Origin: Leptospira sp.
GTDB lineage: Bacteria > Spirochaetota > Leptospiria > Leptospirales > Leptospiraceae
Reading direction: 5' to 3'
Length of the DNA: 64,000 nucleotides
Assembly: GCA_034439575.1 (NCBI GenBank)
Contig: JAWXAQ010000008.1
Span: 128,001 to 192,000 of the forward strand
The notes below the pieces were generated by a model, which was not told where the DNA came from, ran no database searches, and saw only the letters and a list, made by a program, of their open reading frames with translations. Position 1 is the stretch's first letter. Each line of letters begins with the position of its first letter. Positions 1 to 7,160 of this stretch are shown in pieces. Both the position numbers and the translations under genes were made by a program.

Positions 1-85
1 CTTGTACAGATTTTAAAGAAGTCTGTCTTTGCCAACCGTAGAAACAGGATCCATCATATTCTACGCACAATGCATAAGTAGGCAA
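1..85 (-). CDS. truA: tRNA pseudouridine(38-40) synthase TruA, N-terminal part (runs off window start)
   Basis: Manual translation from TTG at 85 gives MPTYALCVEYDGSCFYGWQRQTSLKSVQ, matching the TruA N-terminal YDGxxFxGWQxQ motif. Lies 3 nt after the DUF2225 stop. Not in the ORF track. Confidence 0.88.
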   Translation of the reverse strand, partial: MPTYALCVEYDGSCFYGWQRQTSLKSVQ

Positions 86-88
86 ATT

Positions 89-967
89 TTACTTCTCTCC
101 GCCTAATTCCTCGATGATGATATTATACTCGTCGTACAATTCACGGCACATTTCTATGATCGGTCCTGGTTTTCCTTTGGACGATTTCCCTGAACCGTAT
201 AACCGAGCCAAGGTTCTTTTGGCTCTGGAAAGTAAAACGACTTGGTCTTCTGGTTTTGGGGCTAATTGGTCTTTGAATCTTTTTGTGAGATAGGCATTTA
301 GATAAATGACCCCGTCAAATCCCCAGTTATTGTCAGTATCAGGACCTAACATACCAGCGGCGCCATCTACTGGTTCTTGACCACTTTGCATAAGTTCAAG
401 TGTCGTTCCGTAAATAACAGCTGCCTTTTGATATAATAAATCTCTAATTTTATCATATCCTAATTGAGGGAATTCATCATGTAGGTCGGCAAAATACCAG
501 GCCCCACGAATCGCAGAGACTGCTTTTTTAGGTGTGGGTGCAATGGATGGTCCACGCAATTGGTAACAATCATAAGATAACAAATAGGATGCGGCACCAG
601 TGGCAATGTGTCTATCCGCTTGAAAGTCTAAGGGCCCGAGGATTTTTTCGACATAAGACTTTCTAATGTCTGTGGACATTCGAATCGCTTCGTTTTCCGC
701 ATTTGAAATGAGAGACCAATCTTTTGGAAAGGAAGAGTAATAACATCTAGGACAAACTGTGAGAACGTAATCCAAAGGGCTGACACGTCCAAACTTTTTG
801 TTTTTTTCATAATTTCTGCGTAGGTCTTGGGCTAATTTTCCGGCAATAAGTCGTCCTCCACCTTGGAACATTTGCTCTTTTTGGTGATTTTCATCGCAGA
901 TAGGGCAAACTGTGACTTCTTTGGCACGGAAGGAAACTTTTTTCGATTGGGCGGCAGCTGTAGACAT
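89..967 (-). CDS. DUF2225-family zinc-ribbon/helical protein
   Basis: CPIC and CPRCYYS Cys pairs followed by a helical region (RGAWYF, LYQKA). ATG at 967 preferred over the track start at 979. Confidence 0.7.
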   Translation of the reverse strand: MSTAAAQSKKVSFRAKEVTVCPICDENHQKEQMFQGGGRLIAGKLAQDLRRNYEKNKKFGRVSPLDYVLTVCPRCYYSSFPKDWSLISNAENEAIRMSTDIRKSYVEKILGPLDFQADRHIATGAASYLLSYDCYQLRGPSIAPTPKKAVSAIRGAWYFADLHDEFPQLGYDKIRDLLYQKAAVIYGTTLELMQSGQEPVDGAAGMLGPDTDNNWGFDGVIYLNAYLTKRFKDQLAPKPEDQVVLLSRAKRTLARLYGSGKSSKGKPGPIIEMCRELYDEYNIIIEELGGEK

Positions 968-1008
968 CTTAAAAATCAAATAAAAGCCTGATTTTTAAAT
1001 ACATTCTG

Positions 1009-1036
1009 TCAATCCAATATCAAAAATCTCCGATAA
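1009..1036 (+). promoter_or_regulatory. Candidate sigma-28 (FliA) promoter
   Basis: TCAA-N16-TCCGATAA about 65 nt upstream of the 1103 ORF; resembles the TAAA-N15/16-GCCGATAA consensus. Confidence 0.5.
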
Positions 1037-1102
1037 TCCTTGTAGGGCAACCCCCTGAAATTACTTGTAAGTTTCTTCACTTGAAGGAAATTACGGAAAG
1101 GT

Positions 1103-2218
1103 ATGAGCGGCAGAGCAATGAAACATTCCATTCTGATTTTAATCCTGACACTCGCAACACAAAGTATTTTGTTTGCAGAGGCTGTCTCCAATAAGGCTTA
1201 CAAAAAGCGTATCGAACTCCTTACCTACTTACGTGAGTTAGAGCCGATGATCAAAAACTTTCGTGGGGAAGACCCAGAAGGCAAACCGACTCCAATCAAC
1301 GCACCAGAAGGCAAAGAAGGCTTTCGATTAAAAAAATATAACGAGCTCAAGCGTATATACCAAGAGGGACTTCAATATTATTTTGAAGGAAACTATATGT
1401 CAGCTTACCAACGTTTCCTTGAATGCCAGTTAGGTGTTGAGAAAGTTACTGAAGAACTTTCACAACTCTATGTATTGCGTGCTGAAGAAATGATGAAGCT
1501 AGCCATGGAACGTAAAAATCCAAACAATCCAATGGATAAAGCCTTACTCGATATTTCTATCGAATATGGTAAGGGATCTTATTTTCGCCATGATGTAATG
1601 GACAATCCTAGAGAGGCACCTTATTCCAGAAGGATGTATGACTCAAAAGAAGTGCATTATGTTTATAACAAGTACACGATAGAAAAAAATATGGAACTAG
1701 GTTTCCGTCATTTAGGTTTAGCAAAAGAAGCTCGTGTAACAGCTCTTAAGGTTGAAAAGAATTTGGAGAAACACCAAAAGTTACAACCAAGTCATAGAAA
1801 GTATAGAATTGAAAATTATTTTGGAGCCATCAATCTTTGTCGTGATGCCAAAGCAAATGCCATCAATATCTATAAGTTAAAGTATCCTTTTGATAATTAT
1901 TACTTAACGAATTCGCAAGGTAAAACAGAAGGTAAAATTGATGACACTGGAAAATTAGCAGATGGTGAACCTGTAAAAGTCGATGGCGCCACTTATGATT
2001 TTTCAAAAAACCCATATATCAAGTTTGATGAAAGGCTACAAGCTATGTTTGATGTTCGTGTTCCAGAAGAGTATCGAGTAGATCACGCTGATGTGCGTGG
2101 AAGGATATACGATATAGACTCTGAGAATATTGTGTTTTTCAAATATGATAAAGATCGCAAAAAACAGTTAAACGTGCCAAACAAACCAGCGCCAGGTTCT
2201 ACTTCAGCCACTCCTTAA
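1103..2218 (+). CDS. Exported alpha-helical protein of unknown function
   Basis: 371-aa ORF with signal peptide (MKHSILILILTLATQSILFA-E) and a charged helical body, followed by a terminator. Start may be 1118. Confidence 0.75.
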   Translation: MSGRAMKHSILILILTLATQSILFAEAVSNKAYKKRIELLTYLRELEPMIKNFRGEDPEGKPTPINAPEGKEGFRLKKYNELKRIYQEGLQYYFEGNYMSAYQRFLECQLGVEKVTEELSQLYVLRAEEMMKLAMERKNPNNPMDKALLDISIEYGKGSYFRHDVMDNPREAPYSRRMYDSKEVHYVYNKYTIEKNMELGFRHLGLAKEARVTALKVEKNLEKHQKLQPSHRKYRIENYFGAINLCRDAKANAINIYKLKYPFDNYYLTNSQGKTEGKIDDTGKLADGEPVKVDGATYDFSKNPYIKFDERLQAMFDVRVPEEYRVDHADVRGRIYDIDSENIVFFKYDKDRKKQLNVPNKPAPGSTSATP

Positions 2219-2240
2219 CTAACACTGTTTTCTCTGCCGT

Positions 2241-2269
2241 AAAGCTCAAGGTTCTCTTGAGCTTTTTTT
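2241..2269 (+). terminator. Rho-independent terminator
   Basis: AAAGCTCAAG-gttct-CTTGAGCTTT hairpin running into a T tract, 22 nt after the stop codon. Confidence 0.8.
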
Positions 2270-2305
2270 ATTTCCTGTTTAATACATATTTTATACGATG
2301 TCAGT

Positions 2306-3115
2306 GTGGCAAAGATTCCATTTTTAGATGATTTTTTAGTTCGAGCATTGCAGGGACAAAAAGCGGAGTACGGTCACTTCGTGATTAAAATTTATCTGCG
2401 AGTTATATTATTAATTCTAGGTAAGGCGAGTCCTCTATTGGTGAAAGGATTGTTTTATGCGGCCAAAGGTGATAAACCTGCGCGCATTGAAGCCTTTTTG
2501 GAAGGATCAAGGCTTTGGGGTGATGATGTTAAGGGTCATACAAAATCAATTTTATATAAACTAAATGAAATCAACCCACCGACGAAAGGGCATTTTATAT
2601 TCTTAAACCATGTAAATGAATTGGACTTTCCTTATGACTGTTATGTGATAGGCAGACCTTATTTAGCGAATCAAGTCATCAAAAAAACTTTATTTGCTTA
2701 TTGGTGGATGCTCGCTATGGGTTCGCAAGTATTTGATAATTCAAAATCAAGAACCGTTGTAAAGTCTATCAAACGTTTGTTAAAAGGTCTTGAAACTACA
2801 TCTTATATCGTTTATCCAGAAGGTCATAACTCTTATTCGGAAGAAATCAGGCCTTTGAAAAAAGGAATGGTGAAGATTGCCTTTGATCAAAAAATTCCAA
2901 TCTATGTTGCCTTGAAGTCTGGCATCACATCTTATCAAAACAAATGGAAAGATAATGTTGTGGGGTATTGTGAAGTAGGTATTTTCAATCCCGAAGACTT
3001 CAAAACTTATGAAGAACTCCAAAGTCATTTATTTGAAGTTATGCGTTCCAAGAAAAAGGAACTGGATGAATTTCTTGAAACTAAAAAAGGCGAGGTTTTG
3101 GTAAAAAACGTCTAA
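2306..3115 (+). CDS. Lysophospholipid acyltransferase family protein (PlsC-like)
   Basis: NHVNELD (NHxxxxD) catalytic motif and YPEG motif. Confidence 0.8.
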   Translation: MAKIPFLDDFLVRALQGQKAEYGHFVIKIYLRVILLILGKASPLLVKGLFYAAKGDKPARIEAFLEGSRLWGDDVKGHTKSILYKLNEINPPTKGHFIFLNHVNELDFPYDCYVIGRPYLANQVIKKTLFAYWWMLAMGSQVFDNSKSRTVVKSIKRLLKGLETTSYIVYPEGHNSYSEEIRPLKKGMVKIAFDQKIPIYVALKSGITSYQNKWKDNVVGYCEVGIFNPEDFKTYEELQSHLFEVMRSKKKELDEFLETKKGEVLVKNV

Positions 3116-3134
3116 TAAAATTTCGAATTTGTAT

Positions 3135-3253
3135 GGTGCGTTCCCCGTCCCACTAATTTACAAATTTAATTCTAACAAGGGTCAGGCTACTACGGGGTGC
3201 GCTAAACGCTCCCGTCTGCCAAGGCAGACCAAGCCCTTCGTATCCTTAACGCA
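3135..3253 (+). repeat. Structured intergenic element, Flavo-1-RNA-like / REP-like
   Basis: GC-rich island GGTGCGTTCCCCGTCCC...GGGTCAGGCT...ATCCTTAACGC with internal hairpin GTCTGCC-aa-GGCAGAC (3214-3229). Resemblance to Flavo-1 is from memory and was not searched. Confidence 0.45.
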
Positions 3254-3341
3254 AAGAAAAAGTAGAGATATATTATAAATTTGACACTTTATATTTGCTA
3301 ATTTCTTGACCTTTAAAAGAAAAATCCTTATATCAATAGGT

Positions 3342-3779
3342 ATGACGAATTTACCGCAAAAACCTTCCGTAGCCTTTATCGGTGCATCTTGGCTTTCTTT
3401 ATTCATTGGTATGTTGACTTTTATCGTTGGAATTTGGAATTCCGAAATGGCATTAAACGAAAAAGGATTCTATATTACCATTTTAATGTATGGATTGTTT
3501 TCAGCCGTCTCTTTACAAAAAACAGTAAGAGACCAATTAGAAGGACTTTTTGTTACTGGTATCTATATCGGCTTATGTTGGTTTTCAGTTGGATTGAATC
3601 TATTACTACTTCTTATAGGCTTATGGAATGCAACACTCGCTTTAAGTGAAAAGGGATTTTTTGGAATTTCTTTTATCTTAAGTTTATTTGCTGCCGTTGC
3701 AGTCCAAAAAAATGTACGTGATTTACGAATGGCAGAAGGGGAAATCAAACCTGTGCTAAATCCCAAAAAAATAGATTAA
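3342..3779 (+). CDS. yiaA: Inner membrane protein YiaA (two YiaAB helical-hairpin repeats)
   Basis: Duplicated GxWN...LxEKGF...FSAVSLQKTVRD / FAAVAVQKNVRD motifs; ATG at 3342. Confidence 0.85.
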   Translation: MTNLPQKPSVAFIGASWLSLFIGMLTFIVGIWNSEMALNEKGFYITILMYGLFSAVSLQKTVRDQLEGLFVTGIYIGLCWFSVGLNLLLLLIGLWNATLALSEKGFFGISFILSLFAAVAVQKNVRDLRMAEGEIKPVLNPKKID

Positions 3780-3825
3780 GTAGATCATCTAAAAAATCAA
3801 AATTTTCAATAAACAATACTAATAT

Positions 3826-4326
3826 ATGACAATAAATAAATTCGAACAGTCTTTAGAGAATGGACCGCATAACAAATTGCAAAAGTTAATCGGTGTATGG
3901 AATGGAAAAACCAAAACTTGGTTTGAAAAGGATGTTTTAGCGGACGAATCGGACGCGAATGCTGCAATTACTTCTTTGTTAGATGGTAGATTTATTTCTA
4001 TTGACTACCAAAGTAGTTTAGAAGGTAAACCGTTTGTAGGAAAGATGATCCTTGGCTTTGACATTCCATATCAAAAATTTACAAGCTCATGGATTGATAG
4101 CTTTCATATGGGAACACAAATCATGTTATCGAACGGAGACGTCCTAGAGAACGGATTTTCTGTAACAGGGACATATGGAAATCCAGAGTATGGTGATAAA
4201 CTTTGGGGTTGGAGGACTGAGATTCAATTTATCAGTGACAAAGAATTTTCGCTGACGGCATATAATATTTCGCCGGATGGGGAAGAGGCAAAGGCAACGG
4301 AGACATTTTATAGAAGAGTGAGTTGA
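3826..4326 (+). CDS. DUF1579-family protein
   Basis: H.KL..LIGVW.G start, GRFI, WIDSFHMGT motif, ending in Y.R. Confidence 0.75.
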   Translation: MTINKFEQSLENGPHNKLQKLIGVWNGKTKTWFEKDVLADESDANAAITSLLDGRFISIDYQSSLEGKPFVGKMILGFDIPYQKFTSSWIDSFHMGTQIMLSNGDVLENGFSVTGTYGNPEYGDKLWGWRTEIQFISDKEFSLTAYNISPDGEEAKATETFYRRVS

Positions 4327-4469
4327 GGTGGGATTGATCCAATCGCATAGTTGCATTTAACAAATATTATTTTACAAGAAATAAAAACGATAACGAATGT
4401 AATTAAAGAAGGCTTGAAGAATATGTAACAGGTAAAATTTCAAATTAAGCTCGACCGACTCAAAATATT

Positions 4470-5786
4470 TTAACTCCCAAAAATAGTTTCTAATATCTCT
4501 TCGTACTCTTTGAAAATCTTTGTCTGTTTATTTTTTAGGGTATAAGGTGATGGTCCATTTTGATCCATATGTAAAAATAAGGATGTTGCGATCTCATGAT
4601 GGTGTTTGATTTCTATCGCTTCATCAAAGAGATGTGCATACCATTTGTCTTTTGTTAACTTGCGAATTTCATCTTTTCTTACATTGTCAAAATGTTTTTT
4701 ACTTGTTGGGTCCGTATAAGCATTGTTAAAAAGAATTGGCAAAACTTCAGGCCCATTTCCCTTTCTTTCTAGCCAAACTTCTGGTATAAACTTATCCAAC
4801 ACTTGTACTGCATTATGAATGGCTTGTGCCGCCTGATAGTTAACAGGGATTAAAACAGCATCCGAGACTGAAACTCCAATTTTACTAAAGAAGCTCCAAT
4901 TCGTAGGGCAATCGATGAGTATATAATCAAAATTTCCTTTTGTACCAAACATTTCTAATAGTTTTCGGAATTTTTTGATCATGGTTTCTGTGATTGCTTT
5001 TGTCGCATGTAAAGAACTATCAAAACGTTCATCCCCTTTGATGATATGGAGATTTTTTCTGATCCGGATAGTATTGATTCCTCCTTTTAATTCTTTTCCA
5101 AGTAAGATATCAAATATACTTGTAGGTGTTTCTGTTTTTTTAATTTCTAATTTGAATGAATCTGTGAGATCCCTTTGTTGGGGATCTAAATCGATGAGAA
5201 GGACATTTTGCCTTTTTTCTGAAAATACACCTGCAAAGTTTCCAGTCGTTACAGTCTTTCCCACCCCACCTTTATTATTATAAATAGAGACTATGAGTGG
5301 AGTTTTTCTATTCTCATAACTCGATGGTTTTTTTAGAATTTTTTTGAGCAGAGAGATAGTTTTATCTGTGTTAATTTCTAAATCGAGAATTTCCGTGAGT
5401 GGGAAAATAACTTTCTTTTTACGTTGGAAAACTTGGGCATTCTTCCCATTGATAAGGAGTCCATAAGGAACTTCGATTAATCCGTCTGACCTCATATAGG
5501 CGAAAAGTTGAAACTTTGCTTCTAAATAAGTCTTCGCACTCGGATCGGAAAGATTGACGGTGTTCGATTTTGCCTCAATTACAAGATTAGGAATCTGATC
5601 CACATAACAAACAAAATCCGCTTCTCCTGTTCCTTTCAAAGAAACTTTGTCTTTAAAATCCTCACCATTATATCCTAAATGTTGTATCAAGGGTACGACA
5701 AAGCGAGTTTCGACTTCCGATTCACGTCCGCTTTGCTTCAAGGAACGAATGATAGTTGTAAACTCACTTAATTTTTTTGCTGCCAT
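4470..5786 (-). CDS. Fusion of HsdR-N-like PD-(D/E)xK nuclease domain and ParA/Soj ATPase
   Basis: N-terminal ESEVETRFVVPLIQHLGY...ADF...VIEAK...NG; C-terminal deviant Walker A NNKGGVGKT, IDLDPQ and DYILIDCP. Confidence 0.8.
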   Translation of the reverse strand: MAAKKLSEFTTIIRSLKQSGRESEVETRFVVPLIQHLGYNGEDFKDKVSLKGTGEADFVCYVDQIPNLVIEAKSNTVNLSDPSAKTYLEAKFQLFAYMRSDGLIEVPYGLLINGKNAQVFQRKKKVIFPLTEILDLEINTDKTISLLKKILKKPSSYENRKTPLIVSIYNNKGGVGKTVTTGNFAGVFSEKRQNVLLIDLDPQQRDLTDSFKLEIKKTETPTSIFDILLGKELKGGINTIRIRKNLHIIKGDERFDSSLHATKAITETMIKKFRKLLEMFGTKGNFDYILIDCPTNWSFFSKIGVSVSDAVLIPVNYQAAQAIHNAVQVLDKFIPEVWLERKGNGPEVLPILFNNAYTDPTSKKHFDNVRKDEIRKLTKDKWYAHLFDEAIEIKHHHEIATSLFLHMDQNGPSPYTLKNKQTKIFKEYEEILETIFGS

Positions 5787-5967
5787 AGTTTCCCCAAGAT
5801 GATTTAACTTTTATTAGCAATGAATTTCTGATTTGGAGGCAATCGTAAATGCATGCGTCTTTCCGAGTTTCCTTTTCGTTTTTCATAAGAATGTAGAATG
5901 TTCATGCAGTTTTACTATGATATGTCAGAAAAACAAGAAAAATACTTACCGCCTTACGAGGTTCATC

Positions 5968-7107
5968 TTATCCTCCTTTCTCCAAAACTCCTTGCCAATC
6001 TTTAATATTCACCCAATGTAAAATTAGGTTTTTAAAAGTTGTCTTTCTTGTTCGACTATCGGATGTTATAATGATATTTTTTCCCATATTATAATGGTTT
6101 CGAAATATAGTTAAATTTTTAGGATCAAATTGTTTTTCTTTCCATTTACATTCTATAGCATCAATTTGATTTCTCGATTTTCTAATCACAAAATCAATTT
6201 CATTTCCATTTTTATTTCTCCAATACATAGGATTCTCTTGGTTGACTGCTTGCATTGTTTCTAAAGTTAAATTTTCTAAAAATTTTCCTTTGTCCTCATT
6301 TCGTAATTCATTGATACCTTGCACATAACAACAAAATCCTGTATCAAAGCCATAGACTTTTGGTTGGTTAACTATTTCTTTATCTGCATTTTGAAAATAA
6401 GGTCGAATGACGGAAATGGCTTTTGTTGCCTCTAATATATCCAAATACTTTGTAATTGTAGGTCGTGAAACACCTGATATTTGAGCCAATTTTGATATAT
6501 CTAAACTATTCCCATTTTGAATGAGGAGCCATTCTAATGCTTTCAGAAATGGTTGTCTTTTTTCTACTTTAAATATTTCCTGAACATCTCTCGCATAAAA
6601 AGAATCGAGCCATTCTGAATAAAATTCAGAATTTAAAGAATCTGATAAAAGGGCTGGCGGTAATCCTCCGTTTAAGATTCGTTTATCGATACTCGCACCA
6701 AAGGCATCTGTTTCGCTGACGAGGACGGGAAGGAAATGGATATTTCTTTTTCTGCCTGTGAGTGAATCTTTAAACTTCTGACTCGCTACTAAAGTGGAAG
6801 ATCCTGTTGCTAAAATTCTTAGTGAGGGAAATTCATCTGATGCAATTTTTAATACTGATGTCGGATTCGTTAGTTGGTGAATTTCATCGAAGATAATAAT
6901 TTTATTTTTGCATTCTTTAAAAAAAGACTCAGCATCAGCTAGCATTTCTTGAACTCTTGGCAAATCACAATTTAAAAATTCGGCTTCCGAAAAAAATTTA
7001 CTTAAAGTAGTTTTTCCTGTTCTACGAACTCCAGAAAGCCAAACAATGGGCATTTTTTTCCAGGCATTCTTTATTTGTTTTGTCCAAAACTCCCTTTCTA
7101 TTCCCAT
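5968..7107 (-). CDS. AAA_14 ATPase with DUF4143 domain (wHTH plus C-terminal PD-(D/E)xK)
   Basis: GVRRTGKTT Walker A, FDEIHQ Walker B, TGSS, SLTGR, GGLP, PKVYGFDTG, EIDFV...IECK. Confidence 0.88.
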   Translation of the reverse strand: MGIEREFWTKQIKNAWKKMPIVWLSGVRRTGKTTLSKFFSEAEFLNCDLPRVQEMLADAESFFKECKNKIIIFDEIHQLTNPTSVLKIASDEFPSLRILATGSSTLVASQKFKDSLTGRKRNIHFLPVLVSETDAFGASIDKRILNGGLPPALLSDSLNSEFYSEWLDSFYARDVQEIFKVEKRQPFLKALEWLLIQNGNSLDISKLAQISGVSRPTITKYLDILEATKAISVIRPYFQNADKEIVNQPKVYGFDTGFCCYVQGINELRNEDKGKFLENLTLETMQAVNQENPMYWRNKNGNEIDFVIRKSRNQIDAIECKWKEKQFDPKNLTIFRNHYNMGKNIIITSDSRTRKTTFKNLILHWVNIKDWQGVLEKGG

Positions 7108-7152
7108 AAATAGACTTTACAAATAGTACACCTAAATGTAAAGTCCATTTAT
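7106..7152 (-). promoter_or_regulatory. 16-bp inverted repeat containing a sigma-70-like promoter; putative operator, possibly leaderless transcript
   Basis: Arms ATAAATAGACTTTACA / TGTAAAGTCCATTTAT (15/16 match, 15-nt spacer). Minus strand reads TTTACA-N17-TAAAGT-N6-ATG. Confidence 0.6.
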
Positions 7153-7160
7153 ATACCGTA

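Noticed and set aside
3182-3406. 74-aa minus-strand ORF
   Set aside because: Overlaps yiaA and the structured repeat; no coding signature.
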